Sequence record: PZ379184.1
DNA length: 39,711 nt
Strand: one strand, 5' to 3'
Source of the DNA: a phage
Positions 18,772-27,463 of the stretch are shown here, one piece after another. The first letter of the stretch is position 1; each line of letters opens with the position of its first letter. A program made the position numbers and the translations under genes. The notes beneath the pieces are model-generated. The model ran no database searches. It had not been told where the DNA came from and saw nothing but the letters and a program-made list of their open reading frames with translations.

Positions 18772-19012
18772 ATCAATCAGTAAGGCCTTCAGTAAAGTAG
18801 TAAAAGGTGCTTTAGGGACCGTTGGTCTTGGTTCTAACGATGCACCTAAGGTTGTTGAGGCTCAGACCCCAGCAGCGCCAGTGGAAGTACCGAACGACAA
18901 AGTGGAAGATGTGGATACCGAAGCGACTGCATCTGACGAGAAGAAAGTGAAGCGTTCCGGTAAGCGGAGCCTTCAGGTCTCTCGCACCTCTGGTGGCGGT
19001 ATTTCTATATAA
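18764..19012 (+). CDS. 7.3: gp7.3-like tail-associated protein; GTG start
   Basis: MGKSISKAFSKVVKG start and SRTSGGGISI end resemble recalled T7 gp7.3 (MGKKVKK... SSGGGINI); SD AAGGAG 7 nt before GTG. Confidence 0.75.
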   Translation: MGKSISKAFSKVVKGALGTVGLGSNDAPKVVEAQTPAAPVEVPNDKVEDVDTEATASDEKKVKRSGKRSLQVSRTSGGGISI

Positions 19013-19023
19013 GGAGGTGACGA

Positions 19024-20592
19024 ATGGCTGAACGTGAAGGGTTCGCTGCTGAAGGCGCTAAGTCAGTTTATGATAGATTGAAGAACGGACGACAGCCTTA
19101 CGAGACCCGCGCACAGAACTGTGCTGCTGTCACTATCCCGTCACTGTTTCCTAAGGAATCAGACAACTCGTCTACTGAATATACCACTCCGTGGCAAGCT
19201 GTAGGTGCTCGCTGCTTGAACAACTTGGCTGCAAAGCTGATGTTGGCGTTATTCCCTCAGTCACCGTGGATGCGACTGACAGTCTCCGAATATGAGGCAA
19301 AGACCTTGAGTCAGGACTCAGAGGCCGCTGCTCGTGTTGACGAAGGGCTGGCTATGGTCGAGCGGGTGTTGATGGCCTACATGGAGACTAACAGTTTCCG
19401 TGTCCCATTGTTCGAAGCTCTGAAGCAGCTTATAGTCTCCGGTAACTGTCTGCTCTACATTCCAGAGCCTGAACAGGGAACCTACAGTCCTATGCGAATG
19501 TACCGCTTAGTGTCATACGTTGTTCAACGTGATGCGTTCGGTAACATCTTGCAGATTGTGACTCTCGACAAGGTAGCGTTTAGTGCTCTACCGGAGGACG
19601 TGAAGTCTCAACTCAACGCAGATGACTATGAGCCTGACACCGAGCTGGAAGTGTATACGCACATCTACCGTCAGGACGACGAGTATCTACGCTACGAGGA
19701 AGTGGAAGGCATTGAGGTAGCAGGGACCGATGGTTCTTACCCACTGACTGCCTGTCCATACATCCCGGTACGAATGGTTCGACTGGATGGTGAAGACTAC
19801 GGTCGTTCTTACTGCGAGGAGTATCTGGGAGACCTCAACTCGCTGGAGACGATTACAGAAGCTATCACCAAAATGGCTAAGGTAGCCTCCAAGGTGGTGG
19901 GCCTCGTTAACCCGAACGGTATCACACAACCTCGTCGTCTGAACAAGGCGGCTACAGGTGAGTTCGTGGCTGGTCGCGTTGAGGACATCAACTTCCTGCA
20001 ACTGACGAAAGGTCAGGACTTTACGATTGCTAAATCGGTAGCTGACGCTATCGAGCAACGTTTAGGCTGGGCCTTCCTTCTTAATAGTGCCGTTCAGCGT
20101 AATGCCGAGCGAGTCACTGCTGAAGAGATTCGTTATGTTGCTGGCGAACTGGAGGCGACCTTAGGTGGCGTGTACTCAGTACAGTCACAAGAGCTTCAGT
20201 TACCTATCGTCCGTGTGCTGATGAACCAGCTTCAGTCTGCTGGCATGATTCCTGACCTTCCGAAAGAAGCAGTAGAGCCTACTGTCTCCACAGGTCTTGA
20301 AGCGTTAGGTCGTGGTCAGGACTTGGAGAAGCTGACTCAGGCGGTTAACATGATGACTGGTCTTCAGCCACTATCTCAGGACCCGGACATCAACTTGCCG
20401 ACCCTTAAGCTACGACTCCTGAACGCTCTGGGTATCGACACCGCTGGCCTACTCCTGACGCAAGACGAGAAGATTCAGCGCATGGCTGAGCAGTCGTCTC
20501 AACAGGCAGTTGTCCAAGGTGCTGGCGCTGCTGGTGCTAACATGGGCGCTGCTGTAGGTCAGGGAGCTGGTGAGGACATGGCTCAAGCCTAA
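19024..20592 (+). CDS. 8: Head-to-tail connector (portal) protein (T7 gp8 homolog)
   Basis: Extensive collinear similarity to recalled T7 gp8 (YETRAQNCA, PWQAVGARCLNNLAAKLMLALFP, MVRLDGEDYGRSYCEEYLGDL, GITQPRRL). Confidence 0.95.
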   Translation: MAEREGFAAEGAKSVYDRLKNGRQPYETRAQNCAAVTIPSLFPKESDNSSTEYTTPWQAVGARCLNNLAAKLMLALFPQSPWMRLTVSEYEAKTLSQDSEAAARVDEGLAMVERVLMAYMETNSFRVPLFEALKQLIVSGNCLLYIPEPEQGTYSPMRMYRLVSYVVQRDAFGNILQIVTLDKVAFSALPEDVKSQLNADDYEPDTELEVYTHIYRQDDEYLRYEEVEGIEVAGTDGSYPLTACPYIPVRMVRLDGEDYGRSYCEEYLGDLNSLETITEAITKMAKVASKVVGLVNPNGITQPRRLNKAATGEFVAGRVEDINFLQLTKGQDFTIAKSVADAIEQRLGWAFLLNSAVQRNAERVTAEEIRYVAGELEATLGGVYSVQSQELQLPIVRVLMNQLQSAGMIPDLPKEAVEPTVSTGLEALGRGQDLEKLTQAVNMMTGLQPLSQDPDINLPTLKLRLLNALGIDTAGLLLTQDEKIQRMAEQSSQQAVVQGAGAAGANMGAAVGQGAGEDMAQA

Positions 20593-20610
20593 ACTATCAC
20601 TATAGGAACA
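20588..20610 (+). promoter_or_regulatory. Phage RNAP promoter (phi9 position)
   Basis: TAAACTATCACTATAGGAACA. Confidence 0.75.
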
Positions 20611-20689
20611 ACACCGTAAGTCCAACTCTAGGGGAGTAAACTAGACGAGGCAGGTGTTGCCTATTAACGACTTAAAGGAGAATGACTCA

Positions 20690-21574
20690 ATGTCTCAATC
20701 AGTTTATGCCGAGTTCGGCGTTAGCTCTAATGCAATCACTGGTTCCGTTGAGGACCTGAACGAACACCAGAAGTCTATGCTTGAACAGGACGTATCGGTT
20801 CGTGATGGCGACGATGCTATTACCTTCAAGCAACTGGAAGCTGAAACCGAAGAGGCTACCGAAGAAGACGATAACGTCGACGAGACTGAAGGTGAAGAAG
20901 ACCACGAGTCCGATGACGAAGAGTCTGAGACCGATGGTGAGCAGCCTGAGTTCATCGAACTGGGTGATGCACCAAAAGAGCTGACCGAAAGTGTCACCGC
21001 TCTGGATGAAAACGAAGCTGCATTCGACGACATGGTGTCTTCTGCTGTAGAAGCTGGCAAGGTCACTGCTGATGAAATTACCGCTATCAAGGCTGAATAC
21101 GCCAAGGACGGTAAGCTGTCTGACGCATCCTACGCTAAGTTGCAGGAAGCAGGTTACACCAAGCGTTTCGTAGATTCGTTTGTCCGTGGTCAGGAAGCTC
21201 TTGCTGAACAGTATGCTGCTGGTGTGGTTCGCTACGCTGGTGGTGCTGAACAGTTTAATCGCATCCTGTCACACCTTGAGTCCAACGACCCGTCAACTCG
21301 TGAAGCACTTGAAGCTGCTATCGTTCGTAAGGACATTGCGACTACCAAAGCTCTGCTGAATCTGGCTGGCAAGACTCTGGGTAAAGCTGTGGGTGTTAAA
21401 CCTCAGCGTACCATCACCACTCAGGCTAAACCTGTGGTCGCACCTAAGGCTCCTCAGACCGAAGCATTCAGCTCCAAGGCTGACATGATTAAGGCTATGA
21501 GTGACCCTCGATACCTGCGTGACGCTAAATACACGATGGAAGTTCGCGCTAAGGTAGCTGCCTCAAGCCTGTAG
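20690..21574 (+). CDS. 9: Capsid assembly (scaffolding) protein (T7 gp9 homolog)
   Basis: Acidic protein; VYAEFGV, SYAKLQEAGYTKRFVDSFVRGQEALAEQY and IKAMSDPRY match recalled T7 gp9. Start at ATG 20690 after SD AAGGAG (track ORF begins at an upstream GTG). Confidence 0.9.
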   Translation: MSQSVYAEFGVSSNAITGSVEDLNEHQKSMLEQDVSVRDGDDAITFKQLEAETEEATEEDDNVDETEGEEDHESDDEESETDGEQPEFIELGDAPKELTESVTALDENEAAFDDMVSSAVEAGKVTADEITAIKAEYAKDGKLSDASYAKLQEAGYTKRFVDSFVRGQEALAEQYAAGVVRYAGGAEQFNRILSHLESNDPSTREALEAAIVRKDIATTKALLNLAGKTLGKAVGVKPQRTITTQAKPVVAPKAPQTEAFSSKADMIKAMSDPRYLRDAKYTMEVRAKVAASSL

Positions 21575-21575
21575 G

Positions 21576-21598
21576 ACTAAACTATCACTATAGGGAGA
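21576..21598 (+). promoter_or_regulatory. Phage RNAP promoter (phi10 position), full consensus TAAACTATCACTATAGGGAGA
   Basis: Only copy with GGGAGA initiating sequence; precedes the major capsid gene. Confidence 0.85.
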
Positions 21599-21700
21599 CC
21601 AAGAGAAAGACTCAAGGTTTCCCTATTACTTCAGTCCATACGGATTGGGCATACAGTAAGTAATAAACTTTATCTTTCAATTGAATAGGAGAATTATCAT

Positions 21701-22750
21701 ATGGCAAACGTTCCGGGTCAGAAAGTTGGTACAGACCAAGGTAAAGGCAAATCTGGTTCCGACGCTCTGGCGTTGTTCCTGAAGGTCTTTGCTGGCGAAG
21801 TCCTGACAGCATTCACTCGCCGCTCTGTAACTGCTGACAAGCATATTGTCCGTACCATTCAGAACGGTAAGTCTGCTCAGTTCCCGGTCATGGGTCGCAC
21901 CTCTGGTGTGTATCTGGCTCCGGGTGAGCGACTGTCCGATAAGCGTAAAGGTATCAAACATACCGAGAAAGTGATTACCATTGATGGTCTGCTGACTGCC
22001 GATGTGATGATTTTCGACATTGAAGACGCGATGAACCACTATGACGTGGCTGGCGAGTACTCCAACCAGTTGGGCGAAGCTCTGGCTATCGCTGCCGATG
22101 GTGCGGTACTGGCTGAGATGGCTATTCTGTGTAACCTACCGGCTGCATCTGATGAAAACATCGCTGGTCTTGGCAAAGCGTCTGTGCTGGAAGTTGGTAC
22201 TAAAGCAGACCTGAACACTCCGGCTAAGCTGGGTGAAGCAATCATCGGTCAACTGACCATTGCTCGTGCGAAGCTGACATCCAACTACGTTCCTGCTGGC
22301 GACCGTTACTTCTACACCACGCCGGACAACTACTCTGCAATCCTCGCGGCTCTGATGCCGAACGCTGCTAACTATGCTGCGCTGATTGACCCAGAGACTG
22401 GTAACATCCGTAACGTAATGGGCTTCGTGGTTGTTGAAGTTCCACACTTGACTCAGGGTGGTGCTGGGGAAACTCGTGGTGCCGATGGTATCACTATTGC
22501 GACTGGTCAGAAGCACGCCTTCCCAGCTACTGCTACTGGTGATGTTAAAGTTGCTCTGGACAACGTTGTGGGCCTGTTCTCTCACCGTTCTGCTGTAGGT
22601 ACTGTTAAGCTGCGTGACTTGGCGCTGGAACGTGACCGTGACGTCGATGCTCAGGGCGACCTGATTGTTGGTAAGTACGCTATGGGTCACGGTGGTCTGC
22701 GTCCAGAAGCAGCAGGCGCACTGGTTTTCACAGCGGCGTCAGCGGGTTAA
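21701..22750 (+). CDS. 10A: Major capsid protein 10A (T7 gp10A homolog, 349 aa)
   Basis: DALALFLKVFAGEVLTAF, SAQFPV, IKHTEKVITIDGLLTADVMIFDIEDAMNHYDV, AILAALMPNAANYAALIDPE and AMGHGGLRPEAAGA match recalled T7 gp10A. Confidence 0.96.
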   Translation: MANVPGQKVGTDQGKGKSGSDALALFLKVFAGEVLTAFTRRSVTADKHIVRTIQNGKSAQFPVMGRTSGVYLAPGERLSDKRKGIKHTEKVITIDGLLTADVMIFDIEDAMNHYDVAGEYSNQLGEALAIAADGAVLAEMAILCNLPAASDENIAGLGKASVLEVGTKADLNTPAKLGEAIIGQLTIARAKLTSNYVPAGDRYFYTTPDNYSAILAALMPNAANYAALIDPETGNIRNVMGFVVVEVPHLTQGGAGETRGADGITIATGQKHAFPATATGDVKVALDNVVGLFSHRSAVGTVKLRDLALERDRDVDAQGDLIVGKYAMGHGGLRPEAAGALVFTAASAG

Positions 22751-23013
22751 CGACCTTTAAGGCCCTCTCTACAGAGGGTCCTACCTTAGAGACGTATAGT
22801 TCTACGGTGGGAACCAGCCTGAAGGTTGACTTCCCTGAGCTTTCAGATGTGACCGATTGGTCGCTGCTTGAGGTGACTACGCCTGATGGTGTTAGCTACT
22901 CCCGTAGAACCAACAGTCTCTACTTCAAGGCCACCTCTGGCGTGGAAGGTCTGGTGATTGTTGGGTATGACGGTACGCCTGTGCGTTCCTTCAACGTATC
23001 TTTCACAAACTAA
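21701..23013 (+). CDS. 10B: Minor capsid protein 10B, predicted product of a -1 frameshift at GGTTTTC (22723-22729)
   Basis: The -1 frame is open from the slip site through track ORF 22807-23013 with no stop; mirrors T7 10A/10B. Confidence 0.6.
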
Positions 23014-23015
23014 TT

Positions 23016-23058
23016 GAAACCCCTTGGGTGCCTTCGGGTGCTTGAGGGGTTTTTTTGC
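23016..23058 (+). terminator. Tphi-like rho-independent terminator
   Basis: AAACCCCTTGGGTGCCTTCGGGTGCTTGAGGGGTTTTTTTG; resembles recalled T7 Tphi. Confidence 0.85.
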
Positions 23059-23071
23059 TTAAGGAGGGACT

Positions 23072-23161
23072 ATGGTCCTTATTTACACAGGGTTAGCACT
23101 ATTCGTCTTATTCTGGGCGTACCTGCTGTCCAGCTCACCGTCTAGCGCCTATGACCGTTAA
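23072..23161 (+). CDS. Hypothetical small membrane peptide (29 aa) between Tphi and gene 11
   Basis: Strong SD AAGGAGGG 5 nt before ATG; hydrophobic core LALFVLFWAYLL. Confidence 0.4.
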   Translation: MVLIYTGLALFVLFWAYLLSSSPSSAYDR

Positions 23162-23172
23162 GGAGTAAACCT

Positions 23173-23739
23173 ATGGCTCAATACATTCCACTGAATGCTA
23201 ACGATGACTTAGATGCCATCAACGATATGTTAGCAGCTATCGGTGAACCAGCAGTCCTACAGCTTGACGAAGGTAACGCTGACGTCTCGAACGCTCAACG
23301 TATCCTGCATCGTGTCAATCGTCAGGTCCAAGCTAAAGGCTGGAACTTTAACATCAACGAAGCTGCTGTCCTGACACCTGATGTCCAAGACAATAGGATT
23401 CGATTCCTGCCGTCTTACCTTCGGGTCATGACTGCTGGTGCTACCAGTTACTACAGCAACATGGGGGGCTATCTCTATGACCTGTCCACTCAGTCCACGA
23501 CCTTCACTGGACCAATTACAGTCGAACTGGTGGAGATGAAACCGTTCGCTGAGATGCCTGTAGTATTCCGTGACTACATCGTTACCAAGGCTAGCCGTGA
23601 GTTCAACGCTAAGTTCTTCGGTAGCCCAGAGTCTGAACTGTACCTTCGTGAGCAGGAAGCAGAACTCTACCAGCAGGTGATGGAGTACGAGATGGACACT
23701 GGTCGCTACAACATGATGTCCGACATCGGGAGGGACTAA
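23173..23739 (+). CDS. 11: Tail tubular protein A (T7 gp11 homolog)
   Basis: INDMLAAIGEP, NAQRILHRVNRQVQAKGWNFN, YIVTKASREFN and MEYEMD match recalled T7 gp11. Confidence 0.92.
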   Translation: MAQYIPLNANDDLDAINDMLAAIGEPAVLQLDEGNADVSNAQRILHRVNRQVQAKGWNFNINEAAVLTPDVQDNRIRFLPSYLRVMTAGATSYYSNMGGYLYDLSTQSTTFTGPITVELVEMKPFAEMPVVFRDYIVTKASREFNAKFFGSPESELYLREQEAELYQQVMEYEMDTGRYNMMSDIGRD

Positions 23740-23966
23740 TGGCTAGTCACAACCTGAAGATTCACCGCCAGCACTTTGGTCCGGTACAACTGGGTCTAAA
23801 GACAGCAGAGCTGAGACTTAACGACCGGGACTTTAAGGTTGGCGATTGGCTTATCCTGAATGAGTGGGACAACGGGTATACTGGACAACAGGTAGCACGT
23901 AAGGTTGTCCATGTGGCTGACGTTGGTGACATCGCTGAAGGATACGTCCTAATCAGTATGATTTAA
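23739..23966 (+). CDS. ASCH-like (PUA-fold) small protein, 75 aa, inserted between tail genes 11 and 12
   Basis: Carries GLKTAELR, which fits the ASCH-superfamily GxKxxExR signature; SD GGGAGG; ATG overlaps gene 11 stop. Confidence 0.6.
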   Translation: MASHNLKIHRQHFGPVQLGLKTAELRLNDRDFKVGDWLILNEWDNGYTGQQVARKVVHVADVGDIAEGYVLISMI

Positions 23967-23975
23967 GGAGGGCCT

Positions 23976-26333
23976 ATGCCACTTATCACACAAAGCATAA
24001 AAAATCTTAAAGGTGGAATTAGCCAGCAGCCTGACATACTGAGGTTCTCAGACCAAGGCGAGGCGCAGGTTAACTGCTGGTCATCAGAGAGTGATGGCCT
24101 CCAGAAGCGTCCACCTACAGTCTTCAAGCGACGTCTTAACATCGACGTTGGGAGCAACCCTAAGTTCCACCTGATTAATCGTGACGAGCAGGAGCAGTAC
24201 TATATAGTGTTCAATGGGTCCAACATTCAGGTAGTTGACTTGAGCGGTAATCAATACTCAGTGTCCGGTGCGGTAGACTACGTTAAGTCCTCCAACCCAC
24301 GAGATGACATCCGTGTCGTTACCGTGGCAGACTATACGTTCGTCGTTAACCGTAAGGTTGTCGTCAAAGGTGGAAGCGAGAAGTCACACTCTGGTTATAA
24401 CCGCAAAGCACGAGCTTTAATTAACCTGCGTGGTGGGCAGTATGGTCGAACCCTTAAAGTTGGAATCAACGGTGGCGTTAAGGTCTCGCATAAGCTACCA
24501 GCAGGTAATGATGCCGAGAATGACCCACCTAAGGTGGACGCTCAAGCCATTGGGGCAGCTCTGAGAGACCTTCTTGTTGCTGCTTACCCTACCTTCACGT
24601 TCGACCTTGGGTCTGGCTTCCTGTTAATCACTGCCCCTTCAGGGACTGACATTAACTCAGTGGAGACGGAGGATGGTTACGCTAACCAGCTAATCAGCCC
24701 AGTACTCGACACAGTGCAGACAATCTCTAAGTTACCTCTTGCAGCTCCAAATGGGTACATCATTAAGATTCAAGGTGAGACCAACAGTAGCGCCGATGAA
24801 TACTACGTGATGTATGACTCCAACACTAAGACGTGGAAGGAGACAGTGGAGCCGGGAGTTGTCACTGGGTTCGATAACACCACAATGCCACACGCTCTGG
24901 TACGACAATATGATGGCTCCTTTGAGTTCAAGACTCTGGATTGGTCCAAGCGTGGTGCTGGTAACGATGACACAAACCCTATGCCTAGCTTCGTGGATGC
25001 TGCGATTAATGATGTGTTCTTCTACAGGAATAGGCTGGGGTTCTTGTCAGGCGAGAACGTAATCATGAGCCGTTCAGCCAGCTACTTTGCGTTCTTCCCT
25101 AAGAGTGTGGCGACACTGAGTGATGCTGATCCTATTGATGTAGCTGTAAGTCACCCTCGAATCTCAATCCTTAAGTATGCCGTTCCGTTTAGCGAGCAGC
25201 TACTACTTTGGTCGGATGAGGTTCAGTTCGTGATGACAAGCTCTGGGGTCCTTACCTCGAAGTCTATCCAGCTTGATGTAGGCTCAGAGTTTGCTTTAGG
25301 AGATAATGCCAGACCGTTCGCTGTAGGACGCTCAGTCTTCTTCTCAGCTCCTCGTGGGTCATTCACCAGCATTAAGCGATACTTCGCTGTAGCTGATGTG
25401 TCTGATGTGAAGGATGCTGATGATACAACCGGTCACGTATTGTCCTACATCCCTAACGGGGTGTTTGACATTCAGGGGACAGGGACTGAGAACTACATCT
25501 GCGTCAACTCTACAGGTGCATACAACCGAATCTACATCTACAAGTTCTTGTTTAAGGACGGCGTACAGCTTCAAGCCTCTTGGTCACACTGGGAGTTCCC
25601 TAAAGCTGATAAGATTCTGGCGTCTGCGTCGATTGGCTCTACCATGTTCATTGTTCGTCAGCACCAAGGCGGCGTGGACCTTGAGCACCTTAAGTTCATC
25701 AAGGAGGCAACTGACTTTCCGTTAGAGCCATATAGACTCCACGTTGACTCCAAGGTGTCTATGGTAATACCAATTGGCTCATACAACGCTGACACCTATA
25801 AGACTACGGTTGACATTGGTTCTGCTTATGGTGGAAACGCTCCGTCTCCCGGTAGGTACTATCTGATTGACAGTCAGGGTGCCTACGTGGACCTTGGTGA
25901 ATTGACCGACATCTCAACTGTGGCTGTACTCAATGGTGATTGGTCAGGACGTACAGTGTTCATCGGACGGTCTTATCTGATGTCCTACAAGTTCTCACGG
26001 TTCCTGATTAAGATTGAAGACGAGAGTGGCACTCAGTCTGAAGACACTGGTCGTCTACAGCTTCGTCGTGCTTGGGTAAACTACAAGGACACTGGCGCTC
26101 TTAGACTCATTGTCAGAAACGGTGAGCGGGAGTTCGTGAACACCTTTAATGGGTACACCCTTGGTCAGCAAACCATAGGGACTACCAACATTGGGGATGG
26201 TCAGTATCGATTCGCTATGAATGGCAACGCATTAACCACGAGTCTAACCTTAGAGTCCGACTATCCTACCCCGGTGTCCATCGTTGGGTGTGGCTGGGAG
26301 GCGTCATACGCTAAGAAAGCTCGTTCCGTCTAA
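23976..26333 (+). CDS. 12: Tail tubular protein B (T7 gp12 homolog, 785 aa)
   Basis: Size and position; assignment not checked residue by residue. Confidence 0.9.
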   Translation: MPLITQSIKNLKGGISQQPDILRFSDQGEAQVNCWSSESDGLQKRPPTVFKRRLNIDVGSNPKFHLINRDEQEQYYIVFNGSNIQVVDLSGNQYSVSGAVDYVKSSNPRDDIRVVTVADYTFVVNRKVVVKGGSEKSHSGYNRKARALINLRGGQYGRTLKVGINGGVKVSHKLPAGNDAENDPPKVDAQAIGAALRDLLVAAYPTFTFDLGSGFLLITAPSGTDINSVETEDGYANQLISPVLDTVQTISKLPLAAPNGYIIKIQGETNSSADEYYVMYDSNTKTWKETVEPGVVTGFDNTTMPHALVRQYDGSFEFKTLDWSKRGAGNDDTNPMPSFVDAAINDVFFYRNRLGFLSGENVIMSRSASYFAFFPKSVATLSDADPIDVAVSHPRISILKYAVPFSEQLLLWSDEVQFVMTSSGVLTSKSIQLDVGSEFALGDNARPFAVGRSVFFSAPRGSFTSIKRYFAVADVSDVKDADDTTGHVLSYIPNGVFDIQGTGTENYICVNSTGAYNRIYIYKFLFKDGVQLQASWSHWEFPKADKILASASIGSTMFIVRQHQGGVDLEHLKFIKEATDFPLEPYRLHVDSKVSMVIPIGSYNADTYKTTVDIGSAYGGNAPSPGRYYLIDSQGAYVDLGELTDISTVAVLNGDWSGRTVFIGRSYLMSYKFSRFLIKIEDESGTQSEDTGRLQLRRAWVNYKDTGALRLIVRNGEREFVNTFNGYTLGQQTIGTTNIGDGQYRFAMNGNALTTSLTLESDYPTPVSIVGCGWEASYAKKARSV

Positions 26334-26357
26334 CTTATTGAAGGGCCTATAGATTTA

Positions 26358-26380
26358 CCTTAACTATCACTATAGGGACT
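26358..26380 (+). promoter_or_regulatory. Phage RNAP promoter (phi13 position) within a 12-bp inverted repeat
   Basis: TTAACTATCACTATAGGGACT; flanked by AAGGGCCTATAG (26341-26352) and CTATAGGCCCTT (26379-26390). Confidence 0.8.
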
Positions 26381-26409
26381 ATAGGCCCTTAAGGTTATAA
26401 GGAGACTTT

Positions 26410-26880
26410 ATGTATATTCGCAAGGCTACGGAACAGGATGTCCACTACTTTCTGTGGCATCTTTCAGCAGATGATGTTAATGAGTGCAAAGCAAACTATG
26501 GGTCAACCGTTGGTCTCTCTGAAAGACTGCTTAAGCATCTATCTCCGTCATCTGTGGTTTTAACGAATGGTGTAGGCGAAGTGTTTGCCTATGGTGGAAA
26601 CCAAGGGGATAACGTATGGTTCTTGACTTCAGGTCTGGTCAACAAGCTGAGACCTAAAGAGAAGCGAGAGTTCATAAAGCGTATCTCTGAGTACAGGGAC
26701 TTAATGTTAGACCAATACGGGACCATCTGGAACTACGTGTGGTCAGGCAATAAGTCTCACATTAAATTCTTGAAGTTGCTTGGGGCTAAATTCCATGATG
26801 ATTGGACTATAAGCCCAGTAACTGGTGATCGTTTTCAACTATTCACTATCTCTAAGGAGGACGTATGTGCGAGCCAGTAA
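26410..26880 (+). CDS. 13: Internal virion protein A (gp13 position)
   Basis: SD AAGGAG; position and size; homology not verified. Confidence 0.6.
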   Translation: MYIRKATEQDVHYFLWHLSADDVNECKANYGSTVGLSERLLKHLSPSSVVLTNGVGEVFAYGGNQGDNVWFLTSGLVNKLRPKEKREFIKRISEYRDLMLDQYGTIWNYVWSGNKSHIKFLKLLGAKFHDDWTISPVTGDRFQLFTISKEDVCASQ

Positions 26881-27452
26881 GTATCGGCATGGGCATTATG
26901 ACTGTAGCTGGTGCCACTATGTCCGCATCTCAACAGGCAAAGGCTGAGGGTGCTGCTATCGACGCTCAGAACCGGCAGGCTCAGGAGATGATTAAACAGA
27001 TGAACTACTCTGACGCCAACCTGAGGATGCAGGAGCGAGACCTTAAGGAGCAACAGGTCGCTGAACTGACTGAGACAACTCTGAATGGTGTTCGCAATCA
27101 AGGCATGGTCCGAGCAGCAGTGGCTGAGTCCGGTCTGGAAGGTAACTCTATGGATAGGATTGAACGTCAAGTCGCGGGAGACACAGTCAAGGAGAGAGCC
27201 GGGATTACCGAAAGCTACAACCGTGACTATGCGGCTATCTTCGGGAACCGTATCGCCAACATTGAGAACACCAAGTCTGCTATCCGTGGTCAGGGTAAAA
27301 TCATCAAGACCAGCCCACTGGCTCATGCACTTAATGTTGCTACCGCCGGGATGCAAGGTTACGCCGCTGGTAAGTCAATCTCTGGAGCGTCCAGCTCTGG
27401 TGGTGCTGCACCAATTAGTGCTGCTAAAGGTACACCTACAGGTCATAGCTAA
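26865..27452 (+). CDS. 14: Internal virion protein B (T7 gp14 homolog)
   Basis: 195 aa versus 196 aa in T7; MC start, SMDRI and C-terminal AAKGT match recalled T7 gp14. Confidence 0.8.
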   Translation: MCEPVSIGMGIMTVAGATMSASQQAKAEGAAIDAQNRQAQEMIKQMNYSDANLRMQERDLKEQQVAELTETTLNGVRNQGMVRAAVAESGLEGNSMDRIERQVAGDTVKERAGITESYNRDYAAIFGNRIANIENTKSAIRGQGKIIKTSPLAHALNVATAGMQGYAAGKSISGASSSGGAAPISAAKGTPTGHS

Positions 27453-27463
27453 GAGGAGGACTA

